Shown piece after piece: positions 1 through 11,000 of a stretch of DNA of 64,000 nt (position 1 is the first letter of the stretch; each line of letters starts with the position of its first letter). This DNA comes from Flavobacteriales bacterium. GTDB lineage: Bacteria > Bacteroidota > Bacteroidia > Flavobacteriales_F > PHOS-HE28. The stretch lies in contig DAOKZW010000002.1 in assembly GCA_035325445.1 (NCBI GenBank), positions 5,826-69,825 on the forward strand, in the 5' to 3' direction. Made by a program: the position numbers and the translations under genes. The notes below the pieces were generated by a model. It made no database searches and was not told where the DNA came from. It saw only the letters and a program-made list of their open reading frames with translations.

Positions 1-1130
1 TTCACGCTGATGGCGGCAAAGTCGCCCGTGGTGCCCACTCCACCGGCCCTGTCCCAATAGCCGCCCCCGCACCCGTAGCTCCACAGGTAGCTCTGCTGGG
101 CCATGGTGCTGAAGTAATCGTTGTCGGTGACGTTCTGGTGCCCCACAAGCGGCGCGAAGCCCCTGTATCCATTGGAGGCGAAGGCATCGGAGTAGCCTTG
201 GAAATTGTCGTCCACCAAGCCCCTGACCGTGGCCGTGAAGGCCCTCACCTTCCAGTTGTGCAGCTTGGTGAGGTAATTGCCCATCAGGCCCGTCTCATTC
301 TGCGAGAACATCGGCAGGTTGTAGAAATCAACCCGCCCAACGGCCAGTTCCACTTCGCTGGGCAACACGCTTTGATCGTACTTGCCGTCGCCCGGCACGT
401 TACGGTTGCGCACATCGGTGGCCCAGGTCGCGTTCACCTGGCTGTCCGTCCAATTGCCATTGACATCGCCATAGAACACATCCGCGCTCCACGCCCCTTG
501 GTGGTCGCCATGGCCGTCCGGGGCGAAATTGCCGGAATAAGGCACCGGCACGTGGCCCAGCAGGAAGACCGCCTTGGTGTTCGCCGGGTCGGCGTTGTAT
601 TCGTTCACCACCAGGTTTTTCACCGATGGCACGCTGGCATTGCGGCTCACATCATGCCTCACCACCTTCCAGCCGTCGCCTTCCAGGTCCTGCCTCAGCT
701 GCTCCAACTGTGGTGCCAAGGATTGACTGAAAAAATCGTCCACCAGCAGGATCATTCTTCCCCGGTTTTCCACCATGGGCAGCCGTATGCCTGCATTGAT
801 ATACGAATAGCCTTGGCCCGTATTCGCCGTGGAGCGCACGATCTTGTATTCGTAGGACACGCCAACGTTGACATTGTCATCCGCCCATGTCACCGCCCCT
901 GCGCCCAGCGAGGCCACCGGGTTCCCCCAGGTGGTCGCGCCTTTCACCTTCCGCCAGATCTGATAGCCCGTAACATTGTTCGTGGTCAGCCAGTTCAAAG
1001 TGATGCGCGGTGGCGACACCTGTACCTGCGCCGAAGCCAGAACACTTGCTTCGCGGGCCTGTGCGCGCAATCGGACCGGCAAAAAGCCGGACGCCAGGAC
1101 CAACAAGATCAGCAAAAGCCTACGGGCCAT
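1..1130 (-). CDS. secreted hypothetical protein (signal peptide plus Fn3-like N-terminal region), partial: 3' end lies beyond window start
   Basis: Absent from the ORF track because it has no stop inside the window. The reverse frame from ATG at 1128-1130 is open down to position 3 (checked codon by codon). N-terminus MARRLLLILLVLASGFLPVRLRAQA is a typical signal peptide. Plus-strand ORF 138..1367 is its antisense shadow. Confidence 0.55.
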   Translation of the reverse strand, partial: MARRLLLILLVLASGFLPVRLRAQAREASVLASAQVQVSPPRITLNWLTTNNVTGYQIWRKVKGATTWGNPVASLGAGAVTWADDNVNVGVSYEYKIVRSTANTGQGYSYINAGIRLPMVENRGRMILLVDDFFSQSLAPQLEQLRQDLEGDGWKVVRHDVSRNASVPSVKNLVVNEYNADPANTKAVFLLGHVPVPYSGNFAPDGHGDHQGAWSADVFYGDVNGNWTDSQVNATWATDVRNRNVPGDGKYDQSVLPSEVELAVGRVDFYNLPMFSQNETGLMGNYLTKLHNWKVRAFTATVRGLVDDNFQGYSDAFASNGYRGFAPLVGHQNVTDNDYFSTMAQQSYLWSYGCGGGYWDRAGGVGTTGDFAAISV

Positions 1131-1503
1131 TCCTCAGGTGAATTTGCAAAAGTAGGCCGCTCCCCTGCCCAAGGCAAAGGCGTTCCCTATTCATATTCCA
1201 TCCGGGCCGGGCTGTCATCGCCGATTCCAGGTCCACGGCAGGCACACCTCCGCAGATCCACGCCACCGAATGCCCATGCCTTGTCCGCTTGCATACCCCC
1301 TATAGGTCCGCTTGAACGGCGCCAGAAACGCTTCATGACAATCGGCAGCGCACGCCTCGACGAATAAGCCTAAATTTACGACGAACGGGAAAACGAGCGA
1401 ATCCACTGGCCCGATTCAGCCCATGAAGGGGACCAAACCTTTGCCGCCCTTGGCCGTTTAAGTCCACGCCTGATTTTCTGTACAACAAGGACCGATCCCA
1501 TAC

Positions 1504-4500
1504 ATGTCCCACACGAACGAAGCCGCTCCGGCTTCCATTTTCAGCTACTTTGAACAAGGGGCCGCCTTGGCCCCAAACGCCATCGCGCTCATCGGAGAGC
1601 ACGGTGCATTGACCTATTCGGAATTGAGCGCCCGGGCGGGACGGCTGGCGCACCTGTTGCAAGCCGCCCAGATCGGGCCTGGTGCCAATGTGGGTCTTTG
1701 CTTGGACCGGTCCGCAGAACTGGTCATCAGTGTTTTGGGGATCCTGCAGGCCGGCGCGGCCTACGTTCCCTTCGACCCCTCCTATCCGCCGGAGCGGATC
1801 GCGGCCATGCTGGAAGATGCCCGCCCGCCTGCCGTGATCACCAGCCGGGCACATGCCCACCTTTTCCGTGATGCCGGTGCGAGCACGCTCCTGATCGAGG
1901 ACATGGACCTGGGGACCGGCCCTGCCCTGCAAGGCCCCGGCCCCGCGCAGGGCACCGACCTGTTGTACATCCTTTTCACCAGCGGAAGCACCGGCCGGCC
2001 CAAAGGCGTGGCCATGCCCCACGCGCCGCTGGTGAACCTGATCCAATGGCAGCTACGCACCTCGGTACTACGGGCCGGCGAGCGCACCTTGCAGTTCGCG
2101 CCCATCAGTTTCGACGTCAGCTTCCAAGAGATATTCACCACGTTCGCGCAAGGCGGCACCTTGGTGCTGATCACTGATGAAGACCGGCTCAACAGCACAC
2201 AGCTGCTGCGCAAGATCATCAGCCAAGGCATCAACCGGATCATCGTGCCTTTTGTGGCCTTGCAATACCTGGCCGAAGCCGTGGAGCGCACCGGCGAAGT
2301 GCCTTCATCGCTCAAGGAGGTCTTCACCAGCGGGGAGCAACTGAAGATCACCCCGGCCATCGCCAACCTCTTCAAGCAATTGCCCGGCTGCCGCTTCTGC
2401 AACCAGTACGGCCCCACCGAGGGCCACGTGGTGAGCGAGCTCGAGCTCAAGGGCGACCCGGATGCCTGGCCCTCCCTGCCCAACATCGGCACGGCCATCG
2501 ATAACGTGAAGCTGTACGTGCTCGATGAGCAAATGAAGCCCGTGAAACAGGGTGAGGAAGGCGAGTTGTACCTCGGCGGCGCCTGCGTGGCGAAGGGCTA
2601 CATCGGACGCGACGACCTGACGGCCGAACGCTTCCTTGCCGACCCGTTCGTGGCCGGTGGCCGCATGTACAAGACCGGCGACCGTGCCGCTGAGCTCCCG
2701 AACGGCGAGATCGACTACAAGGGCCGCATCGACGGGCAAGTAAAGGTGCGCGGCTACCGCATCGAACTGGGCGAGGTCGAGGTGGCCATGGAGAAACACC
2801 CGCACGTGGAGCAGGCCGTGGCCACGGTACGCGAAGACCGGCCGGGCCTGAAACGACTGGTGGGCTACTACGTCGCCAAGGGCGAACTGGGGACCAATGA
2901 TCTGCGCAAACACTTGGCCTCCCTCCTGCCGGACTACATGCAGCCTTCGGCCTTCGTGGCGGTGAAGGAACTGCCGCGAACACCCAGCGGCAAGATCGAC
3001 CGAAAGGCGCTTCCCGCCCCTGACGTAAAGCGGCCCGACCTCGACGTTGCCTTTGCGGCACCCGAGACCAGCACGCAGAAGACCATCTCTCAAGTATGGG
3101 CGGACCTGCTCGGCATTGACCGGGTGGGGCTCGACGACAACTTCTTCGACCTGGGCGGCAACTCGCTGCTGAGCATCCAAGCGGTGGCGCAGCTCGAGGG
3201 CCATGGCCTGAAACTGCCCATCGTCAAATTGTACCAGCACCCCACCGCCCGGGCGTGTGCCGCCTATCTCGATGGTGACGCCGGCACGGTGTCGCCCGCC
3301 GAGCTCGCCGCCAAACGGAAGGCATTGGGCACCGCCAAGGGTGATGTGGCCATCATCGGCATGAGCGGCCGATTCCCCGGCGCCGCCAGCGTGGAGGAGC
3401 TGTGGGCCAATTTGCTGGCGAAAAAGAGCAGCATCAGCCAGTGGGCCGCCGACGACATCGACCCGAGCATTCCGGCCGAGCTCCGCAACGACCCCGACTA
3501 TGTAAAGGCACGCGGGGTGATCACCGATGCCGACAAGTTCGACCACGGCTTCTTCGGCGTGAACCCCAAGGTAGCGGCGCTGATGGACCCCCAACAGCGC
3601 GTGTTCCTGGAAACGGCATGGGCCGCCTTGGAGGATGCCGCATACGACCCCGCCCGATTCAACGGGCTCATCGGCGTGTATGCCGGCATGGGCAACAACA
3701 CCTATTACACGCGGAACGTCATCGGCCATCCCGACCTGATCGAGCAGGTGGGCGATTTCGCAGTGATGACGGCCAACGAGAAGGACTACATCGCCACGCG
3801 CCTCGCCTTCGAGTTCGATCTGCGCGGACCGGCCCTGAGCATCCACACTGCGTGCAGCACCTCCCTGGTGGCCATCGCACAGGCCTTCAAGGCGTTGCGC
3901 GACGGTGAGTGCGACATGGCCTTGGCCGGCGGCATCGCCATCACCGTGCCCATCAACAGCGGCATCCTGTACAACGAGGGCGGCATGTACAGCCCCGACG
4001 GGAGCACGCGCACCTTCGACGCCGAGGGCAAAGGCACCAGCTTCAGTGATGGCACGGGCATCGTGGTGCTCAAGCGCCTGGACGATGCCGTGCGCGACAA
4101 GGACCACATTTATGCCGTGGTGAAAGGTGCCGCGTTGAACAACGACGGCAGCGACAAGGCCAGCTTCACCGCACCCAGCGTACGCGGGCAGGCCGAAGTG
4201 ATCGCCATGGCCCAAGCTGACGCCGGTGTTACACCCGACCAGATCACTTACGTGGAAGCGCACGGCACCGCCACCCCGCTCGGCGATCCCATCGAGGTGG
4301 AGGCCCTGACATTGGCATTCGGGGGCAAGCAGGACGGCCACCGCTGCGCCATCGGGTCGGTGAAGAGCAACATAGGCCACCTCACCGCTGCCGCCGGTGC
4401 GGTTGGCGTGATCAAGACCGCCATGGCCTTGCAGCGGGAGCAGATCCCCGCCAACATCGGCTTCGACAAGCCGAACCCGTCGATCAACTTCGCTGATTCG

Positions 4501-7500
4501 CCCTTCCATGTGGTGCAGGACAACCTGGCCTGGCCACGGGTGCCCGGCACACCACGCATGGCGGGCGTATCCTCATTCGGCGTGGGGGGCACCAATGCGC
4601 ATGTGATCCTCGCCGAACCGCCCGTTACCGCGGCCTCCGGCGCATCACGCAGCAAGCAGCTCTTCCTGCTCAGCGCCAAAAGCAAGGCCAGCCTCGACGC
4701 CATGACCGACAACCTCCGCCAATGGATGGAGGACAACGCGGAAACATCATTGGCCGATGCCGCATTCACCTTGCAGGTGGGGCGCCGCCATTTCAAGCAC
4801 CGCCGCCTGATCGTGGGCGGAAGCCACCAGGAAGTGGCCCGGGCCATCGCCGACAAGGATGCCGCCCTCATGGGCACCCGCGAACTCACCGAAGCAGCTC
4901 CCGGCGTGGTCTTCATGTTCCCCGGGCAAGGCTCGCAGTACGTGAACATGGGCCGCGACCTGTGGGAGAGTGAGCCGGTCTTCAAAAAGCATTTCGACAA
5001 GTGCATCCACCTCTTCAGCAAAGAGCTGGGCACGGACCTGCGGGCCATCATCTTCCCGAAACCGGGTGAAGAGGAGAAGGCCGCCGAACAACTCAAGCAA
5101 ACGGTGTACACCCAGGCCGGGCTGTTCACCATGCACTACAGCCTGGCCCAACTGTGGATGGACTGGGGCATCAGGCCGGACGCCCTGATGGGCCACAGCA
5201 TCGGCGAGTTCGCGGCCGCCTGCCTCGCCGGCATCTTCTCGTTGGAGGATGCCGTGAAGCTGGTGGCCAACCGTGGACGCATGATGCAGGAACTGCCCGG
5301 TGGCAGCATGCTCAGCGTGCGCGCCGCAGAGGAGGATGTGGCCAAGCGCCTGCCCGAAGGATGCAGCATCGCCGCCAACAACGGTCCGCAACTCTGCGTG
5401 GCCAGCGGCCCACATGAAGCCATCGCCAAGCTGCAGGCCGAGCTGGAGAAGGAAGAGATCACTTGCAAGTTGCTGGTGACCAGCCACGCCTTCCATAGCC
5501 CGATGATGGAACCGATGGTGGAACCCTACCGCAAGGTGGTGGAAGGCGTGCAATTGAACGCCCCGCGCATCCCCATCATCAGCACCGTGACGGCCGAATG
5601 GCTGAAGGATGACGAGGCCACCTCGCCCACGTATTGGAGCGACCACGTGCGGGCCACCGTGCGTTTTGCCCAAGCCGTGAAGTTCGCATGGCAGGATGCG
5701 GACCCCGCCGACACCAAGGTTGTGGCGGGCTCGCGCGTGATGCTTGAAGTGGGACCGCGTACCACGGCAACCACGTTGGCGCGCCAGCAAAGCACCGATC
5801 CCAAGAAACAAACGGCCGTGTCCTCGCTTGGGGCCGAGGCCGGCAACGGCGCTGAATTGGCGCAACTGCTGAAGGCCGTCGGGGGATTGTGGCAGTCCGG
5901 CATTTCCATCGATTGGGAAAAGTTCCACGGCCAAGAGGAACGCCGCCGGATCAGCATGCCCACCTACGCCTTTGAGCGCATCCGGCACTGGGTGGAGCCC
6001 AATGCCCCCCTGATGGTGGACGGGCACCGTACGGCGGCCGCTACCGCGAGCACCACCGCGAACACAGCGATCGTGGATGCCAGCCTCAGCGCCAAGGACC
6101 AATTGATCGCACAGATCAAGCACCTGCTCGAAGAAAGCTCTGGCCTGGAGTTGGCCAATGCCAGCAACGAGGACACCTTCCTGGAGATGGGCCTCGATTC
6201 CCTCTTCCTGACCCAAGTGGCCACTTCCCTGTCCAAGAAGTTCGGGGTGAAGATCAGCTTCCGGCAGCTCAACGAGGAACTGCCCAACCTGGACAAGCTT
6301 GCGGACCACATCCTGCCACATTGGACGGCCGGGGCGGCAAGTGCCCAAGCACCCGCCGCCAAGGGCGTGGCCGGCGAAGGAAGCCAAGCCACGGGCACCA
6401 ACGCGCTCGAGGATGCGCCCGAACTGAAGAAGGTCTTTGGCGCACAAGCCCGGATCAGCAAGGAGAAGGTGGACGACTTCACGCCCGAGCAGCGCGCCTG
6501 GTTCGACGACTTCGTGAAGCGCTACACCGCGAAGACCGCCAAGAGCAAGGCATTCACCCAGCAACATCGGGCGCACATGGCCGACCCGCGGGTGGTCACC
6601 GGTTTCAAGCCGCAAACCAAGGAACTGACCTACCAAGTGGTGGTGGACCGCAGCACCGGCTGCTACCTGTGGGATATCGACGGGAACAAATACGTGGACA
6701 TCCTGAGCGGCTTCGGCAGCTCCATGTTCGGGTACATGCCCGACTTTGTGAAGGAGGCGCTGCACAAGCAAGTGGACCTGAGCGCGGAGATCGGCCCCAT
6801 GCACCCCTTGGCGGCCGAGGTGAGCGAACTGCTCTGTGAATTGACGGGACAGGAACGCGCGGCGGTGTGCAACACGGGCTCCGAGGCGGTGCTTGGCGCC
6901 ATGCGCATGGCACGCACCGTAACGGGCCGCAGCCTGATCATCTCCTTCAGCGGCAGCTACCACGGCATCAACGACGAGGTGATCATCCGCGGCAGCAAGA
7001 GCAAGAAGAGCTATCCCGGCGCGCCGGGCATCATGCCCGAGGCCGTGCAGAACATGTTGGTGCTGGACTACGGCACGCCCGAGAGCCTGGAGATCATCAA
7101 GGAGCGCTGCCATGAGGCCGCCGCCATCCTGGTGGAGCCCGTGCAAAGCCGCCGCATGGAATTCAGGCCCGTGGACTTCCTGCGCGAGTTGCGCCGCATC
7201 ACCAAGGAACATGGCACCGCGCTGATCTTCGATGAGGTGATCACCGGCTTCCGCACGCACCCCAACGGCGTACAGGCCCTGTTCGGCATCCAGGCCGACA
7301 TCGGCACCTACGGCAAGGTGATCGGAGGCGGCATGCCCATCGGCGCCATGATCGGCAAGCGCGAATGGATGGATGCCCTCGACGGCGGCCACTGGCAGTT
7401 CGGCGACGACAGCGTGCCCGAGGCCGGCGTGACCTATTTCGCAGGCACCTTCGTGCGCCATCCGCTCACCATGGCCGCCATGAAGGCCTCGCTGCAACAC

Positions 7501-8016
7501 ATGAAGGACGAGGGCCCGGCCCTGCAGGAGCGGCTGAACACCATGACCGAAGGCATGGTGGCGCGGGCCAACGACCTCTTCGACAAGTACCAGCTCCCCT
7601 ACCGCTGGGTGAACTTCGGCAGCGCCTTCAAGACCAAATACGACGAGAGCGTAAACTACACGGAGCTCTTCTTCATGTTGATGCGCTACCACGGGGTGCA
7701 CGTGCTCGACTTCCCGCATTTCATCACCACCGCCCATACGGCGGCAGACATCGAATTCATCATGCAGGCCTTGGAGAAGACCTGCAAGGATCTACGGGCC
7801 TCAGGCTTCATGCCGGAGCGCACCTATATGCTGGAAGTGGTGAACAGCACCCTGAACGGCCATGCCCGCAAGCTCAGCGAGCAGGTGATGGAGGCCAACG
7901 AGCCGCCGGTACCTGGTGCCCGCCTGGGCCGCACGCCGCAGGGCGAAACCGCCTGGTTCCTGCCCGACCCCGAGCGCAAAGGGAAGTTCCTGATGGTTGA
8001 ATTGGCTGAGCATTGA
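1504..8016 (+). CDS. hybrid NRPS-PKS megasynthase: A - PCP - KS - AT - ACP - class III aminotransferase
   Basis: Adenylation motifs LYILFTSGSTGRPKGV, FDVSFQE, NQYGPTEG, YKTGD, GRIDGQVKVRGYRIELGEVE. Carrier motif DNFFDLGGNSLLS. KS active site IHTACSTSLVA with EAHGTATPLGDP and KSNIGH. AT GHSIGEFAA with HAFH (malonyl-type). ACP LGLDSLF. C-terminal PLP aminotransferase VITGFR ... GKVIGGGMPIGA. Confidence 0.9.
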   Translation: MSHTNEAAPASIFSYFEQGAALAPNAIALIGEHGALTYSELSARAGRLAHLLQAAQIGPGANVGLCLDRSAELVISVLGILQAGAAYVPFDPSYPPERIAAMLEDARPPAVITSRAHAHLFRDAGASTLLIEDMDLGTGPALQGPGPAQGTDLLYILFTSGSTGRPKGVAMPHAPLVNLIQWQLRTSVLRAGERTLQFAPISFDVSFQEIFTTFAQGGTLVLITDEDRLNSTQLLRKIISQGINRIIVPFVALQYLAEAVERTGEVPSSLKEVFTSGEQLKITPAIANLFKQLPGCRFCNQYGPTEGHVVSELELKGDPDAWPSLPNIGTAIDNVKLYVLDEQMKPVKQGEEGELYLGGACVAKGYIGRDDLTAERFLADPFVAGGRMYKTGDRAAELPNGEIDYKGRIDGQVKVRGYRIELGEVEVAMEKHPHVEQAVATVREDRPGLKRLVGYYVAKGELGTNDLRKHLASLLPDYMQPSAFVAVKELPRTPSGKIDRKALPAPDVKRPDLDVAFAAPETSTQKTISQVWADLLGIDRVGLDDNFFDLGGNSLLSIQAVAQLEGHGLKLPIVKLYQHPTARACAAYLDGDAGTVSPAELAAKRKALGTAKGDVAIIGMSGRFPGAASVEELWANLLAKKSSISQWAADDIDPSIPAELRNDPDYVKARGVITDADKFDHGFFGVNPKVAALMDPQQRVFLETAWAALEDAAYDPARFNGLIGVYAGMGNNTYYTRNVIGHPDLIEQVGDFAVMTANEKDYIATRLAFEFDLRGPALSIHTACSTSLVAIAQAFKALRDGECDMALAGGIAITVPINSGILYNEGGMYSPDGSTRTFDAEGKGTSFSDGTGIVVLKRLDDAVRDKDHIYAVVKGAALNNDGSDKASFTAPSVRGQAEVIAMAQADAGVTPDQITYVEAHGTATPLGDPIEVEALTLAFGGKQDGHRCAIGSVKSNIGHLTAAAGAVGVIKTAMALQREQIPANIGFDKPNPSINFADSPFHVVQDNLAWPRVPGTPRMAGVSSFGVGGTNAHVILAEPPVTAASGASRSKQLFLLSAKSKASLDAMTDNLRQWMEDNAETSLADAAFTLQVGRRHFKHRRLIVGGSHQEVARAIADKDAALMGTRELTEAAPGVVFMFPGQGSQYVNMGRDLWESEPVFKKHFDKCIHLFSKELGTDLRAIIFPKPGEEEKAAEQLKQTVYTQAGLFTMHYSLAQLWMDWGIRPDALMGHSIGEFAAACLAGIFSLEDAVKLVANRGRMMQELPGGSMLSVRAAEEDVAKRLPEGCSIAANNGPQLCVASGPHEAIAKLQAELEKEEITCKLLVTSHAFHSPMMEPMVEPYRKVVEGVQLNAPRIPIISTVTAEWLKDDEATSPTYWSDHVRATVRFAQAVKFAWQDADPADTKVVAGSRVMLEVGPRTTATTLARQQSTDPKKQTAVSSLGAEAGNGAELAQLLKAVGGLWQSGISIDWEKFHGQEERRRISMPTYAFERIRHWVEPNAPLMVDGHRTAAATASTTANTAIVDASLSAKDQLIAQIKHLLEESSGLELANASNEDTFLEMGLDSLFLTQVATSLSKKFGVKISFRQLNEELPNLDKLADHILPHWTAGAASAQAPAAKGVAGEGSQATGTNALEDAPELKKVFGAQARISKEKVDDFTPEQRAWFDDFVKRYTAKTAKSKAFTQQHRAHMADPRVVTGFKPQTKELTYQVVVDRSTGCYLWDIDGNKYVDILSGFGSSMFGYMPDFVKEALHKQVDLSAEIGPMHPLAAEVSELLCELTGQERAAVCNTGSEAVLGAMRMARTVTGRSLIISFSGSYHGINDEVIIRGSKSKKSYPGAPGIMPEAVQNMLVLDYGTPESLEIIKERCHEAAAILVEPVQSRRMEFRPVDFLRELRRITKEHGTALIFDEVITGFRTHPNGVQALFGIQADIGTYGKVIGGGMPIGAMIGKREWMDALDGGHWQFGDDSVPEAGVTYFAGTFVRHPLTMAAMKASLQHMKDEGPALQERLNTMTEGMVARANDLFDKYQLPYRWVNFGSAFKTKYDESVNYTELFFMLMRYHGVHVLDFPHFITTAHTAADIEFIMQALEKTCKDLRASGFMPERTYMLEVVNSTLNGHARKLSEQVMEANEPPVPGARLGRTPQGETAWFLPDPERKGKFLMVELAEH

Positions 8017-8028
8017 GCAAGGAGGATC

Positions 8029-11000
8029 ATGGAGAAATTCATTCAAGAGCCGCGTCTGGTCGCCGTTGATTTCAATCCGTTCGCCGGGCCGGAGATCGCC
8101 CGCACCATCCCCACCACCGAGGCGCAACGGGAAGTATTCACGGCCTCCATGATGGGCCACGACGCGAGCTGCGCGTACAACGAAAGCGTATCCCTGGAGC
8201 TGTCCGGCGAACTCGACCGCGCGGCGCTGGGATCGGCCCTGCAATCCTTGGTGGACCGGCATGAGGCGCTGCGCGCCACGCTGGACCCAACGGGCATGCG
8301 CATGATCATCGCCGGCAAGGCGGAGGTCGCCCTTTCATACAGCGACCTGTCCGCATTGTCCGGGGCGGAACGTGAACAGAAGCTGGATGAGATCGGCCGC
8401 ACGGACATGACCACGGCCTTCGATCTTCACCAAGGCCCGTTGTTCCGCGTGCACCTCATCCGCACCTCGGCACACACCCACCTGCTGCGTCTCACGGGCC
8501 ACCATGCCGTGTGCGACGGATGGAGCCTGGGCATCATGATGGCCGAGATCAGCGGGCTGTACAATGCCGCCAAGAGCGGAACGCCCGCCAAACTTCCCGA
8601 GGCATCACGCTTCAGTGAGTACAGCTTGGCCACCATCGATTTTGCCAAGAGCCCTGAACACCAAACAGTGGAACGCTATTGGATGGACCTGTACAAAGGG
8701 ACCATCCCCCGTATGGACCTGCCCACCGACCGTCCGCGGCCGATGGGGAAGACGTACAGCGGCCACCGCTTGGACCTGCCGTTGACGGTGGAACAGGTGA
8801 ACGCGCTGAAGGGCGTGGCCACCCGCACCGGCGCCAGCTTTGTCACCACGCTGCTCGCCACGTTCGAGGTGCTGCTGTACAGGCTCACCGGCGACACCGA
8901 CCTGGTGGTGGGCCTGCCCGCCGCCGGCCAGAGCGACTTGGGCATGAAGCATCTGGTGGGACACTGCGTGAACCTGCTCGCCCTGCGCAGCCGGATGAAC
9001 GAGAACGCCTCCTTCCAATCCTTCCTGAAGGACCGGCGCACCGGCGTGCTCGATGCCTTTGACAACCAGAAGTACACCTTCGGCACCTTGTTGCGGAAAC
9101 TGAACATCAAGCGCGAGCCGGGGCGGATCCCCTTGGTGCCCATCGTGTTCAACGTGGACATGAACATGGATGACGGCGTGTCCTTCCATGCGCTGGAACA
9201 CCGCTTCATCAGCAACCCCAGGGCCTACGAGAATTTCGAGCTCTTCCTGAACGCCACGGGGCACGAGGACTCGCTGATCCTGGAGTGGAGCTACAACACG
9301 GACCTCTTCGACCAAGCCACGGTGGAGGGCTGGATGCGGCAATTCACGGCCCTGATCGGGCGCATCAGCGCCAACCCCGATGCCGCCATCGTCGACCTGG
9401 CGGGCGATGCGGCACCCGTTGCCGAAACAGCCAAGGTTCCCGCGGAATGGCATGGCAAGGAGACGGCCTTCCCCCAAGTGGACATCAGCACCTTGTTCGA
9501 CCAAGTGGCGGCACAACATGCCGACCGGACGGCGCTGGAACTTTCCGGCAGCACGATGAGCTATGGTGAGCTCCGCGATCGCGTGCACGGCCTCAGCAAG
9601 CTCCTGGCCTCCCTTGGCGTGAAGCCCGGCGAACCGGTAGGGTTGTGCGTGGAGCGCGGGTTCGACATGGTGGTGGCCATGTTGGCCACCCTGCGTGCCG
9701 GCGGTTGCTTCGTGCCTTTCGACCCCGGCTATCCGGCGGAGCGCTTGGAACTGATGTTGGCCGACACTGACGTACGCGTGATGCTCACGCAGGGCCACCT
9801 GGCGAACACACTTCCCGCACATAAGGGCCGCAACATCCTGCTCGAGGATGCGGACATGAGCGGTCAGGGAGGCCCGATGCCGCAGTCCGGCCCCGAGAGC
9901 CCGGCCTACATCATGTACACCTCGGGTTCCACCGGAAAGCCCAAGGGCGTGGTGGTGCCGCACCGGGCGATCATCCGTTTGGTGCACGACCAGAACTTCC
10001 TGCCCTTCGGGCCCGACCTGGTCTTCCTCCAACTGTCCAACATCTCCTTCGATGCCTCCACCTTGGAGCTGTGGGGCGCACTGCTGAACGGGGCCAAGTT
10101 GGTGCTTCAGCCCCAGCAGAAGCCGACGCTGCAGGAGATCGTTCAAACCGTGAAGGACCATGGCGTCACCACCGTCTGGTTCACGGCCGGCCTCTTCAAC
10201 CTGATGGTGGACGAACACCTGGAAGACCTCAAGGGCCTGAAGCATATTCTCGCCGGCGGCGACGTGCTGAGCGTGGCACACGTGCGCCGGGCCCTGGCGG
10301 AGCTTGGGCCGGGCGTTCTCATCAACGGATACGGCCCCACGGAGAACACCACCTTCACGTGCTGCCATGCCATCAACAGCGAGAAGGACCTCACCCCCCG
10401 GATACCCATCGGCGCCCCCTTGCACAACACCACGGTGCATATCCTGGACAGCGCGATGAAGCCTGTTGGCGTAGGCGAGGCCGGCGAGTTGTACACCGGC
10501 GGTGCGGGCGTGGCCCTGGGCTACTGGCACAACCGGCAGCTTACGGACGAGGTTTTCGTCGATGACCCGTTCAGCAAGCGCGCCGGGGCGAAATTGTACC
10601 GCACGGGCGACCTCGTGCGCTGGCTCCCCAACGGGTCCGTGGATTTCATAGGCCGCGCGGACGGCCAGGTGAAGGTGCGCGGGTTCCGCATCGAGCTCGG
10701 CGAGATCGAGAATGCGATCAGCGCGATCGCCGGTGTGAAGGACGGCGTGGTCGTGGTGCGTGACGACCTTCCGGGGGAAAAGCAGTTGGTAGCCTATGTG
10801 GTCCCCTCCTCCGAAGAACAAAAGGCCCAGGAAGACCTGATCAACGCGGTGCGTGAACACCTGCGGGGATCACTTCCCGGCTACATGGTCCCCACGGCAT
10901 TCATGCTGCTTCCGGTGCTGCCGCTCAACCCGAACGGCAAGGTGGACCGCAAGGCGCTGCCGGCGCCCGAACTGCGCGACCGCACGATGGAAGTACGGCA

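Noticed and set aside
138-1367. 409-aa plus-strand ORF at the window start
   Set aside because: Low-complexity Arg/Ala/Gly/His-rich translation typical of an antisense frame in high-GC DNA. The opposite strand encodes a well-formed secreted protein with signal peptide (1..1130).
2305-7737. Long minus-strand ORFs 2305..4509 (734 aa) and 4747..7737 (996 aa)
   Set aside because: They lie entirely inside the NRPS-PKS gene. The translations are Gly/Ala/Val/His-rich without motifs. Antisense shadows.
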